Shown here piece after piece: positions 1 through 8,542 of a stretch of DNA of 64,000 bases. Source of the stretch: Tyzzerella sp. (lineage in GTDB: Bacteria > Bacillota > Clostridia > Lachnospirales > Lachnospiraceae); assembly GCA_017465565.1 (NCBI GenBank), contig JAFTWA010000046.1, forward strand, positions 1,897-65,896, in the 5' to 3' direction. The notes beneath the pieces were generated by a model that was given only the letters and a program-made list of their open reading frames with translations, was not told the DNA's origin and ran no database searches. How positions within the stretch are numbered: the stretch's first letter is position 1; each line of letters begins with the position of its first letter. The translations under genes and the position numbers were made by a program.

Positions 1-1
1 G

Positions 2-268
2 ATTTACAATTCAAAATCAGCAGAAACCTGCTTTGACAAGATTACAAAGATTGAATTGATTTGTGAAGAAAAAGATGGAACTGTAGTTCGTTATATCAAA
101 GACTTAGAAGCTCTTTGTGATGCAGAGGGCAAAGTGATTCCAGGTGCAGCCAGCTACGCAGCAGTTGAGGATGCGAATGTAAGATATGTTAGAATTACAG
201 TAGAAGTACCTGAAGGTCAGGAATCTGTTGGTATTTCAGAAGTAAAAATTCTTAGTCCAAAGGAATAA
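2..268 (+). CDS. 3' end (partial) of a paralog of the GH43 lipoprotein at 14562..16388 (C-terminal beta-sandwich domain)
   Basis: Open frame from base 2: IYNSKSAETCFDKITKIELICEE...VRITVEVPEGQESVGISEVKIL, aligning with IYNSKNENACFRNISKVEFVCEE...IKVTVEVPEGQPSVGISEIRIL of 14562..16388. Confidence 0.85.
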   Translation: MYNSKSAETCFDKITKIELICEEKDGTVVRYIKDLEALCDAEGKVIPGAASYAAVEDANVRYVRITVEVPEGQESVGISEVKILSPKE

Positions 269-279
269 AGAATAATCTG

Positions 280-317
280 ATAGTTAGGCGGGACGGAAAA
301 CCGTCCCGCCTAACTAT
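280..317 (+). other. Perfect 17-bp intergenic stem-loop without U-tract (mRNA stabiliser/processing element or weak terminator)
   Basis: atagttaggcgggacgg-aaaa-ccgtcccgcctaactat, between co-oriented genes. Confidence 0.7.
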
Positions 318-339
318 TGCGAGAAGGAGTAATTGAAAC

Positions 340-2289
340 ATGAATATTTTAAATAAAGAAAAACTAAAGCTGGTAATGGCTATGGACTGGTGGCAGACGG
401 ACGACCTTGGCGGCAAAATTGGCAAGATTAAGGTTAGTGACGGTCCAGTCGGCCTTCGCTGCTTAAGCGTGACAGACAGCTGGGCAAATGATAGTATTTA
501 TCCTTCAGTCGCTTATCCTTGTTATCAGATGTTGTCTCAGACATGGAATCTTTCTCTTGCTTACAAGATGGGAAGAGCCATTGCAGATGACTGTGTGGAC
601 CATAATGTTGACGTTCTTCTTGGACCAGGAGTGAATATCAAGCGTACACCACTCTGTGGAAGGAACTTTGAATATTACAGTGAGGACCCATATGTGGCAG
701 GTGTGTTTGGTAAGTCTTTCATCGAAGGTGTTCAGGCTGGACATGTAGGGGTTTCCTTGAAGCATTACTGTTGCAACAACCGTGAGTATTCGAGATACTG
801 GCTTTCATCGGAGGTGGATGACAGAACCCTTCGGGAGATTTACCTGAAGCCTTTTGAAATCGCAGCTCAAGCGAAGCCGTGGACCGTTATGACTTCTTAT
901 AACTTGGTAAATGGTGTTCGTATGAGTGCCAATAAAAAACTCAATGACCTCTTAAGAGACGAGTTTGATTTCGATGGTGTCATTGTTTCGGACTGGGAAG
1001 CAGTGCAGGATCCTCTTGACAGTCTTCATGCAGGCCTGGATTTGGAATTTCCGCATAATGACAAGCATGCAGAGGAGATGGAAAAGCATCTGGCAGAAGG
1101 TCGTGTAGACTTAGAATGCCTGGATAAATCTTCAGCACGTGTTCTTGCATTGGCTTCGAAGGCGGAAAGGGAAAGAGCGCTTCGCAAAGAAGAATACACT
1201 GTGGATGAAAGAATTGCCATTTCTCAGGAAATTGAAGAAGAAGCGATTGTGCTTTTGAAAAATAATGGAGTTCTGCCACTGAAAGGCGGAAAAATCTACG
1301 TAACAGGAGCGCCGGCTCATCTTTACTATCATGGCGGAGGCAGCAGTGCGGTAATTCCAAACAGACCTTTCGTGCCATTGGATGAAGCCTTAAGAAGCTT
1401 GGGTTATGATGCGTTCTATTCAGAGAGTATTGGAAAGATTTACGGACCACTTGTCAGTATGGGAAATCTCAGACAGGCATGTCTTAACAGTGACCAGAGC
1501 GATGTGACAATTTTGACAGTTGGAACAGGCGCAGGTGCTGAGGTGGAAGAGACGGACAGACAGACGATTAAGCTTTCACCAGAAGAGCTGGATGCGCTCC
1601 GATACCTTCGTGCGCATTCGAAAAAACTTGTCGTGGTTGTATATGCTGGTTCTGCAGTGGACCTTTCGGAATTTGACGAGCTTGCGGATGCAGTGGTGCT
1701 TGCTGGATTTGGAGGACAGAATGTGTCTCAGGCAGTAGCAAATGTACTGACTGGCAAGGTGAATCCTTCGGGAAGGCTGACAGAAACCTATGCTTATTCT
1801 ATCGATGATATTCCTTCAGAGCAAACCTATCGCAATGAAGCGGTGATGGTATATGAAGAAGGTCTCAATGTAGGATACCGCTACTTCGAAACGCAGGGAG
1901 TAGACGTGCTCTATCCATTTGGCTATGGACTCAGCTATTCAGACTTCAAGTATTCGGATTTGAAGGTGGAAATGAAGGCTGACCATGTGGCTGTAAGTGT
2001 AAAGGTGGAGAACCTGAGCGATATGGATGGCAAGGAAGTGGTTCAGATTTATGTAAATGAAGTAAATCCACTAGTTTACCGACCAGTGCGTGAGCTGAGA
2101 GCTTTTGACAAGGTATTTGTAAAAGCCCATGAAAGCAGGGAGGTAACCTTTGAACTTCAGAAGGATGCATTTTCATATTTTTCAACAATACTAAATAAAT
2201 GGATAATGGAACCAGGAAGTTTTATAATCCAAGTTGGGAAAAATGCGCATGAGATTGTGCTTCAGAAAAAAGTAGACGTAAACATGTAG
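340..2289 (+). CDS. Glycoside hydrolase family 3 (beta-glucosidase-like) with Fn3-like C-terminus
   Basis: DGPVGLR, GPGVNIKRTPLCGRNFEYYSEDP, KHY, VSDW nucleophile motif, YPFGYGLSY, GKEVVQIY; RBS AAGGAG. Confidence 0.95.
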   Translation: MNILNKEKLKLVMAMDWWQTDDLGGKIGKIKVSDGPVGLRCLSVTDSWANDSIYPSVAYPCYQMLSQTWNLSLAYKMGRAIADDCVDHNVDVLLGPGVNIKRTPLCGRNFEYYSEDPYVAGVFGKSFIEGVQAGHVGVSLKHYCCNNREYSRYWLSSEVDDRTLREIYLKPFEIAAQAKPWTVMTSYNLVNGVRMSANKKLNDLLRDEFDFDGVIVSDWEAVQDPLDSLHAGLDLEFPHNDKHAEEMEKHLAEGRVDLECLDKSSARVLALASKAERERALRKEEYTVDERIAISQEIEEEAIVLLKNNGVLPLKGGKIYVTGAPAHLYYHGGGSSAVIPNRPFVPLDEALRSLGYDAFYSESIGKIYGPLVSMGNLRQACLNSDQSDVTILTVGTGAGAEVEETDRQTIKLSPEELDALRYLRAHSKKLVVVVYAGSAVDLSEFDELADAVVLAGFGGQNVSQAVANVLTGKVNPSGRLTETYAYSIDDIPSEQTYRNEAVMVYEEGLNVGYRYFETQGVDVLYPFGYGLSYSDFKYSDLKVEMKADHVAVSVKVENLSDMDGKEVVQIYVNEVNPLVYRPVRELRAFDKVFVKAHESREVTFELQKDAFSYFSTILNKWIMEPGSFIIQVGKNAHEIVLQKKVDVNM

Positions 2290-2302
2290 GAGGAAAAGAC
2301 TT

Positions 2303-3115
2303 ATGAACTATTGGACACAAAGCCCGAAAAACATTTACGTAGCAGCCCATAGAGGATGGCCTGCAAAATATCCAGAAAACACAATGGAATCTTTCAGGGC
2401 ATCAACAGAAATTGGCGTTGACCAGCTGGAGCTGGACGTACGTGTAACGAAGGACAATGAATTAGTAATTATTCATGATGCGACAGTAGACCGCACAACA
2501 AACGGAACAGGTCTCGTTTGCGAGCACACGCTTGCAGAGCTGAAAGCATTGGATGCAGGAAGCCACAAAGGTGCCGAATTTAAGGACTGCAAAATCCCTA
2601 CTTTTATAGAATTTATGGAATACATAAAGGACCATCCAACCATGACACTTGACGTGGAACTCAAGGAGTGGCCAACAGAGGGACATGAAGCGATTGCGTA
2701 TGATGTTTGCGACAGAATTTTGAAGATTATTGATGACTACGGGTACACAGACCGCGTAGTATTAAATACCTGGAGCGGAAAGCTTCATGAATATATTTAC
2801 AAAAAATATGGTAAAAAATATCGTCAGCATTCTTATTATCCAGTGGGATGCCTTGGAGAAATTTCAGAAGACCCATATACCTTCCCATACTGTTGCTGTA
2901 TGTTCACAAGCAAGGATGAGGAACACTGGGAGCCAATGGCAACAAAAGAAGAATTTGACGAGATGGCTGCAAAGGGCGTACAGCCTTGGGCAGGTGCAGG
3001 TGTAAATAGTGAGGAACGTGTGGATATGGCAATTGAAAGAGGTGCTTACCTTATCACTTGCAACAATCCGGACGAGATTTTGGCCTGGTTAAGAAAAAAA
3101 GGTTATCATAAATAA
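2303..3115 (+). CDS. Glycerophosphodiester phosphodiesterase (GDPD/UgpQ family)
   Basis: AHRG..PENT, ELDVRVTKD..IIHD..VDRTTNG, VELK motifs. Confidence 0.93.
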   Translation: MNYWTQSPKNIYVAAHRGWPAKYPENTMESFRASTEIGVDQLELDVRVTKDNELVIIHDATVDRTTNGTGLVCEHTLAELKALDAGSHKGAEFKDCKIPTFIEFMEYIKDHPTMTLDVELKEWPTEGHEAIAYDVCDRILKIIDDYGYTDRVVLNTWSGKLHEYIYKKYGKKYRQHSYYPVGCLGEISEDPYTFPYCCCMFTSKDEEHWEPMATKEEFDEMAAKGVQPWAGAGVNSEERVDMAIERGAYLITCNNPDEILAWLRKKGYHK

Positions 3116-3142
3116 TATTTACTCAAAAGGAGGACAATTGAA

Positions 3143-4195
3143 ATGGCAATTGTAACAATTATTGGAGCAGGTATGATGGGCTCAGCTTTGGCCTTTCCTG
3201 CAAGAGAAAATGGACACGAGGTTCGTTTAGTAGGTACACATTTAGATAGGGGAATCATTGATGCATGTAGAAAAGAAGACAAGCATCCAAAGTTTGACAG
3301 AATATTTCCAGCGGGAATCAAATATTATCAAATCGAAGAAGTAGAGGAAGCTATCGCTGGTTCTACATTTATCATTGGCGGCGTTTCCAGCTTTGGTGTG
3401 GACTGGTTTGGCGATGAAATTTTACCAAAGATTCCAGGAGATATCCCTGTGTTAAGTGTAACAAAAGGTCTTGTTGACACAGAAGACGGAAAACTTCTTA
3501 CATACCCAGACGTTTGGGAAGCAAAGATGGAGAAAATTGGAAAGAAACTTTCTATCAACGCAATTGGCGGACCATGTACAAGTTATGAATTAGTATTCCA
3601 TGATCAAACAGAGGTTGCTTTCTGCGGTCGTGACATGGAAATCCTGAAAATGATGAAGGAAGTTATGACAACAAGCTACTACCACATCAGTCTTTCAACA
3701 GACGTAACAGGAATCGAAAGTGCAGTAGCATTAAAGAACGGTTATGCACTTGGCATCGCATTAACAATTGGATTAAACCAGAAAGAATTCGGTCTTGACA
3801 GCCAGCTTCACTTCAATTCACAGGCAGCTATCTTTGGACAAGCGGTCAAAGAAATGTACAGACTTCTTGCATACCAGGGAGCAGCAACATTGGAAAACAT
3901 GACAGTAGGCTACGGTGATTTATACGTAACAGTTTATGGTGGAAGAACAAGACTTGTTGGTATTCTTCTTGGACGTGGTCTTAACATCGACGAAGCGAAA
4001 GAAGAGCTTAATGGTGTAACATTAGAGTCCCTTGTTGTAGCAGAACGTGTGGCAAGAGCAATCAAAATTGCAGCAGCAAGAGGCGTTCTTAATGCAGAAG
4101 ATTTCCCACTTCTTATGCATGTGGATGAAATTATTTGTGAAAAGAAAGAAGTAAATCTTCCTTGGGAAAAATTCACCTTTGTTTACAACAAATAG
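3143..4195 (+). CDS. NAD(P)H-dependent glycerol-3-phosphate dehydrogenase-like protein (divergent GpsA family)
   Basis: GAGMMG Rossmann motif, TKGL, GGP, LKN catalytic Lys, GDLYVT..GGRT. Confidence 0.85.
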   Translation: MAIVTIIGAGMMGSALAFPARENGHEVRLVGTHLDRGIIDACRKEDKHPKFDRIFPAGIKYYQIEEVEEAIAGSTFIIGGVSSFGVDWFGDEILPKIPGDIPVLSVTKGLVDTEDGKLLTYPDVWEAKMEKIGKKLSINAIGGPCTSYELVFHDQTEVAFCGRDMEILKMMKEVMTTSYYHISLSTDVTGIESAVALKNGYALGIALTIGLNQKEFGLDSQLHFNSQAAIFGQAVKEMYRLLAYQGAATLENMTVGYGDLYVTVYGGRTRLVGILLGRGLNIDEAKEELNGVTLESLVVAERVARAIKIAAARGVLNAEDFPLLMHVDEIICEKKEVNLPWEKFTFVYNK

Positions 4196-4212
4196 AATAC
4201 TAGAGAAAATGA

Positions 4213-4247
4213 AGGAACTATCTTGTTTAAAGCGAGATAGTTCTTTT
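4213..4247 (+). terminator. Rho-independent terminator
   Basis: ggaactatcttg...cgagatagttct followed by T-run, just after stop at 4195. Confidence 0.75.
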
Positions 4248-4281
4248 ATAATTGTCCTTCTTTAAAAACTTGATATTATAC

Positions 4282-4329
4282 TTGACATTATTTCAAAAAA
4301 TAATCAAAATATTAGTGTGAGCACTTAAA
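4282..4329 (+). promoter_or_regulatory. Putative sigma-A promoter with LacI/cre-like box downstream
   Basis: TTGACA(4282)-17-CAAAAT(4305); TGTGAGCACTTAAA at 4316-4329 matches the ideal LacI-type palindrome TGTGAGCGCTCACA at 11/14. Confidence 0.35.
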
Positions 4330-4358
4330 CAAATGAAAAAGACAAAGGAGACTTAAAA

Positions 4359-5000
4359 ATGGAGCTGAGAGGGATTAAGATGGGGTGTCTCGGAGACAGT
4401 ATCACACAGGGTGTGGGCGTAACAGACCTCAGTAACATGTATTACAACCGTATCCAGAGAGAATGTGGTATCAGAGAACTTTATATAGACGGAATCAGTG
4501 GAACACGCATTTCGCGTCAGCATACTCCAAGTGCAGAGCCAACCTTTGATTTGGATTTCATTTCCAGAGTTGATAAGATGGACGAGGATTGTGATTTGGT
4601 AGTGGTATTTGGCGGAACGAATGATTTTGGTCATGGTGATGCGCCGATTGGTGAGCCAACAGACCGCACTCCGGATACATTTTGGGGTGCATGTCATGTG
4701 CTTTGCGAAAAACTGATTAACCGTTTCCCAAAGTCGCAGATTGTTTTTATGACACCACTTCATAGAATTACGGAAGAGAATCCGAACCAGCATGGAAAGG
4801 TGTTGGAAGACTATGTGACGATTCTGAAAACGGTTTTGAAAAAATATTCTATTCCTGCTCTCGATATGATGGAGAAGGGTGGAATTGCACCGCGGGTTCC
4901 AGTTCATCAGGAACTTTACATGCCAGATGGATTGCATCCAAATGATGCGGGGCAAGGATTGATCGCTGCGAGATTGAAAGGATTTTTGCAGAGTTTGTAG
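4359..5000 (+). CDS. SGNH/GDSL family esterase
   Basis: GDSIT block I, GISG, GGTND block III, DGLHPN block V. Confidence 0.93.
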   Translation: MELRGIKMGCLGDSITQGVGVTDLSNMYYNRIQRECGIRELYIDGISGTRISRQHTPSAEPTFDLDFISRVDKMDEDCDLVVVFGGTNDFGHGDAPIGEPTDRTPDTFWGACHVLCEKLINRFPKSQIVFMTPLHRITEENPNQHGKVLEDYVTILKTVLKKYSIPALDMMEKGGIAPRVPVHQELYMPDGLHPNDAGQGLIAARLKGFLQSL

Positions 5001-5047
5001 AGCAGAGATACGTTATAAAAATATGAGAAATAGACGAGGTGAATAGT

Positions 5048-5470
5048 ATGTACGTAGAATTTGATGAAAGTTTAGTAACAGGTAACAAGGAAATTGATAA
5101 CCAGCACAAGGAATGGATTGATAAGATTAACAAATTGGTTCAATGTTGTGAAAATGGTGGCGGAAAAATCGAAGCCATTAAAATGTTAGAGTATATGGCT
5201 GATTACACAGAATTCCATTTTGGTGCAGAAGAAAAACTTCAGGAAGAAGTTGATTACCCGGGAATTAAAGAGCATCAGCAAAAGCACGCTGAGTTTAAGA
5301 AGGCAGTAGAAGAACTACATGATATGTTGGAGGAAGAAGAGGGACCAACGGAAGCATTTGTAAATGCAATTAATAAGAATGTCATTGACTGGCTGTACAA
5401 TCATATTAAAACATTTGACTGTTCAGTGGCGACTTATATTAATATGAAATCGCATCCAGAATTGGTATAG
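5048..5470 (+). CDS. Bacteriohemerythrin-family protein
   Basis: TGNKEIDNQH, HFGAEE, EHQQKH, WLYNHIKTFD iron-ligand pattern; ATG 5048 preferred over GTG 5039 (RBS GAGGTG). Confidence 0.9.
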   Translation: MYVEFDESLVTGNKEIDNQHKEWIDKINKLVQCCENGGGKIEAIKMLEYMADYTEFHFGAEEKLQEEVDYPGIKEHQQKHAEFKKAVEELHDMLEEEEGPTEAFVNAINKNVIDWLYNHIKTFDCSVATYINMKSHPELV

Positions 5471-5496
5471 AAATGGCAAATAGAAGGAATTTCTAT

Positions 5497-6342
5497 ATGA
5501 TTACATCACAGATTAAAAGATTATATTGCAATTTAACATCAGCAGAACGAAAGGTGGCCACTTATGTCATCGAATCACCACAGGAGATTACTGGTCTAAC
5601 GGTATATCAATTGGCAGATAGATGTGATGTAGCAGCATCGGCGGTCATCCGTTTTTGCAAATCTATTCAATTACGTGGATTTTCTGAGCTGAAAATCGAA
5701 TTGGCGAGAGAACTTGGAAGCAAAAAAGATGAAAAGAAGAATACCTTACCATCTGTAGAGCATGAGAGTGGGACAGAAGGAGTTGTGCGAAAAGTGTTCA
5801 GCTCTGGGATGCAGACTCTGCAGGATACCCTCGATATGCTTGATTTTTCAAAGGTGCGAGAGATGTCAGAGGCGCTGGTTCATGCGAAGCATATTTTCCT
5901 CTTTGGTATCGGTACCTCATCTACCGTAGTTATTGATGCCCAGTACCGTCTGTCGCAGTTGGGGCTCTGGGCAACAGCCTGCACGGATATTTTATTGATG
6001 GGTGTAACGGCGGCGAACCTGGAGGAGGGCGACGTGGTTTTGGCGGTTTCCCATAGTGGTAGAACCAAAGCAGTCGTAGATGCGGTCCGTCTTGCGAAAA
6101 AGAAAGGCGCAACAGTGATTGCAATTACCAGCTTCACGGACAGTATTCTTTATGAAGAAAGTGATATTGCAGCAACTGTTTTTGCGGATGAAGTGACGTA
6201 TCCGGTGGAAGCGGTGTCGGCCCGCGTGGCACATATTTGTCTGGTGGATTCACTGGCGATGCTTCTGGCAACACATAATTATGACAGCTTTGCTGACCAT
6301 ATCAAGTCGAGAAATGATATATTGGAAGGAATAAGATATTAA
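5497..6342 (+). CDS. MurR/RpiR family transcriptional regulator (HTH + SIS)
   Basis: LTSAERKVA..VIRFCK..GFSELK HTH; FGIGTS, SHSGRT SIS motifs; start 5497 (RBS AAGGA) or 5473. Confidence 0.92.
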   Translation: MITSQIKRLYCNLTSAERKVATYVIESPQEITGLTVYQLADRCDVAASAVIRFCKSIQLRGFSELKIELARELGSKKDEKKNTLPSVEHESGTEGVVRKVFSSGMQTLQDTLDMLDFSKVREMSEALVHAKHIFLFGIGTSSTVVIDAQYRLSQLGLWATACTDILLMGVTAANLEEGDVVLAVSHSGRTKAVVDAVRLAKKKGATVIAITSFTDSILYEESDIAATVFADEVTYPVEAVSARVAHICLVDSLAMLLATHNYDSFADHIKSRNDILEGIRY

Positions 6343-6375
6343 AAAATTCGCAAAGATTAAATTTGCGAATTTTTT
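6341..6375 (+). terminator. Rho-independent (possibly bidirectional) terminator
   Basis: aaaaaattcgcaaa-gattaaa-tttgcgaatttttt. Confidence 0.8.
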
Positions 6376-6409
6376 ATTGCCCGTTTTCTAATGTTTTGTG
6401 AATTAGATG

Positions 6410-6492
6410 TTGACAAAAATAGCTGGCATTACTATAATGAAATTTAGTATCAATAAAAATGAATTGATAGAACTTTATTCCGAAAAGTTCTA
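6410..6492 (+). promoter_or_regulatory. Consensus sigma-A promoter followed by two inverted repeats (candidate repressor operators)
   Basis: TTGACA(6410)-17-TATAAT(6433); TATCAAT-N8-ATTGATA (6448-6469) and TAGAACTTT-N7-AAAGTTCTA (6468-6492). Confidence 0.75.
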
Positions 6493-6531
6493 AAATTGTA
6501 TACAGTATATGACATTAAGGAGGACATAAGT

Positions 6532-7317
6532 ATGAAGCAAAAAGTTATTTTAATTTCAATTGACGGCATGAGACCAGATGGATTTTTGCAATGTAACAAT
6601 CCATTTATTCATGAAATGATGGAACGCGGTTCCTATACATTGGAAGGAAGTTCCATGAACCCTTCGGTTACATTACCTTGTCATATGTCTATCTTTCACA
6701 GTGTGACACCAGAAAGACATGGTATGACTACAAATACATATATGCCGATGGTTCGTCCGGTCAACAGTCTGTTCCAGCAGATTAATAATGCAGGTGGAAA
6801 GTCAGCAATGTACTACGGCTGGGAGCCAATCCGAGACGTGGCAAAACCGGGGACACTGAAGCATGCCGAATTTATCTGGGCGTACACAACAGACCATACA
6901 GACCGTTTACTCACAGAATCTGCCCTTACATATATAAAGAAAGAAAAACCAGATTTTGTTTTCTTATATATGGTAGAAACCGATGAAAAAGGCGGACATG
7001 ACAATGGCTGGATGACAGAGGCGTATTTGCAGGTCATTCATGATGCAATCGACAATGTAAAGAGAGTGCTTGAGGAAGTGGGAGATGAATACACCGTGAT
7101 TGTAACAGCAGACCACGGCGGACATGACCGTGCACACGGAACTCTTCTTCCAGAAGATATGACAATACCGATGTTCTTCATTGGACCAGATTTTGAACCA
7201 GGTAAACAACTTTCAGGACTTAGCTTACTTGATCTTGCTCCTACAGTGGCAGACCTTATGGGAGTGCCGGCAGCGAGAGAATGGGAAGGAAAATCAATAG
7301 TGGAGGCGGAAAAATAA
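6532..7317 (+). CDS. Alkaline-phosphatase superfamily enzyme (type I phosphodiesterase/nucleotide pyrophosphatase-like)
   Basis: ISIDGMRPD, PSVTLPCH (Thr nucleophile), DEKGGH, TADHGG metal ligands; ATG 6532 after AAGGAGG. Confidence 0.88.
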   Translation: MKQKVILISIDGMRPDGFLQCNNPFIHEMMERGSYTLEGSSMNPSVTLPCHMSIFHSVTPERHGMTTNTYMPMVRPVNSLFQQINNAGGKSAMYYGWEPIRDVAKPGTLKHAEFIWAYTTDHTDRLLTESALTYIKKEKPDFVFLYMVETDEKGGHDNGWMTEAYLQVIHDAIDNVKRVLEEVGDEYTVIVTADHGGHDRAHGTLLPEDMTIPMFFIGPDFEPGKQLSGLSLLDLAPTVADLMGVPAAREWEGKSIVEAEK

Positions 7318-8262
7318 ATGAGTGTTTTATCAGCAACAGTTGGTCAGATGCTGGTTCTGTTCACATATATCCTAATGGGATATGTAGTTGCAAAAGCAAA
7401 AGCAGTGCCAGAGAATTCCGCTACAGTTTTATCAAAATTAGAGAATAATTTATTTGTTCCAGCTCTTGTTCTTGGAACCTTTGTAAGCAATTTCACAGTT
7501 GAGAAGTTAGGTACAGCATGGAAACTATTTTTAATCAGTTTTGTGATTTGTCTGGTTATGATGTTTCTTGCAGTGATGGTTTCTAAGCTCTGCTCAAAAG
7601 ACCAATACATAAGAAATATCTATACATATGGACTTGCATTCTCAAACTTTGGGTTTATGGGAAATGCAGTAGTAAGTGCAGTATTTCCAGAGATTTTCCT
7701 GGACTATCTCATATTCACAATGCCGTTATGGACGATGATTTATCTTTGGGGCGTGCCGTGTCTTCTGATTCCTTCGGAGGCGGGAAAACAGACCATCAAA
7801 AGCAGGCTTAAGTCTTTTGCAAATCCAATGTTTGCTGCAATGGTTATCGGTATCGTAATTGGCCTTTGTGGTGTTAAACTACCTGCGTTTTTAACAACAG
7901 TTATCGATGTGACAGGCGGTTGTATGTCACCGATTGCAATGATGCTGACAGGTATCACAGTGGCAAATATGAATGTGAAAAAAGTGTTATCAATAAAAAG
8001 TATTTATGTTGTGTCAATTGTGAGATTACTGGTATTTCCACTGGTTTTCGTTGGTTTATTTAAAGTGATTCCGATGGCGCAGAATATCGTGGTTTGTACC
8101 ATTTGTTCACTGGCAATGCCACTTGGACTTAGTACCCTTGTAATTCCAGGGGGATATGGAAAGGATACATCGGTGGCAGCCGGGATGGCGATAGTGTCAC
8201 ATTTGCTTTCGGCGGTGACGATACCGATTGTATTTTATTTGATGATGAATTTTATATTTTAG
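7318..8262 (+). CDS. AEC (auxin efflux carrier / Mem_trans) family transporter
   Basis: About 10 hydrophobic segments, FSNFGFMG, NP, SPIAMM..G, AMP motifs. Confidence 0.88.
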   Translation: MSVLSATVGQMLVLFTYILMGYVVAKAKAVPENSATVLSKLENNLFVPALVLGTFVSNFTVEKLGTAWKLFLISFVICLVMMFLAVMVSKLCSKDQYIRNIYTYGLAFSNFGFMGNAVVSAVFPEIFLDYLIFTMPLWTMIYLWGVPCLLIPSEAGKQTIKSRLKSFANPMFAAMVIGIVIGLCGVKLPAFLTTVIDVTGGCMSPIAMMLTGITVANMNVKKVLSIKSIYVVSIVRLLVFPLVFVGLFKVIPMAQNIVVCTICSLAMPLGLSTLVIPGGYGKDTSVAAGMAIVSHLLSAVTIPIVFYLMMNFIF

Positions 8263-8266
8263 AATT

Positions 8267-8290
8267 AACGGTCACTTCGGTGGCCGTTTG
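8267..8290 (+). terminator. Terminator hairpin (UUCG loop)
   Basis: aacggtcac-ttcg-gtggccgtt-tg. Confidence 0.7.
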
Positions 8291-8311
8291 TCATCTTTGA
8301 TAAAAATAATC

Positions 8312-8340
8312 TTGACACGATTATTGGGAGAGATTATACT
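8312..8340 (+). promoter_or_regulatory. Sigma-A promoter upstream of the Rpn leader
   Basis: TTGACA(8312)-17-TATACT(8335). Confidence 0.75.
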
Positions 8341-8346
8341 ACTTTT

Positions 8347-8493
8347 ACATCAGTCAAGAGTGTGATTCGATATTGAATTATTCAAAACACTTTAAATGTG
8401 CCGTTCATAGGTGCATCTGATTTTCAAGGCAATTCTGCCGAAAGATTCAAACTAAAACAACAAAATATTGATTGGTTTTGTGTTTGCTTTTTT
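8347..8493 (+). ncRNA. Candidate structured leader/ncRNA upstream of the Rpn nuclease (family not recognised)
   Basis: Hand-folded nested stems: 8349-53/8417-21 closing 8357-63/8387-93 and 8396-8402/8410-16; hairpin 8422-8443; hairpin 8448-8486 followed by T6. Confidence 0.4.
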
Positions 8494-8542
8494 GCGTTTT
8501 GTGGTGAACACAAAATCACTGCGTGAAAAGGAGGAAATTTAC

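Noticed and set aside
8347-8493. Known riboswitch (purine, c-di-GMP, T-box, SAM, TPP)
   Set aside because: The conserved core nucleotides of these families were not found by eye; kept only as an unassigned candidate.
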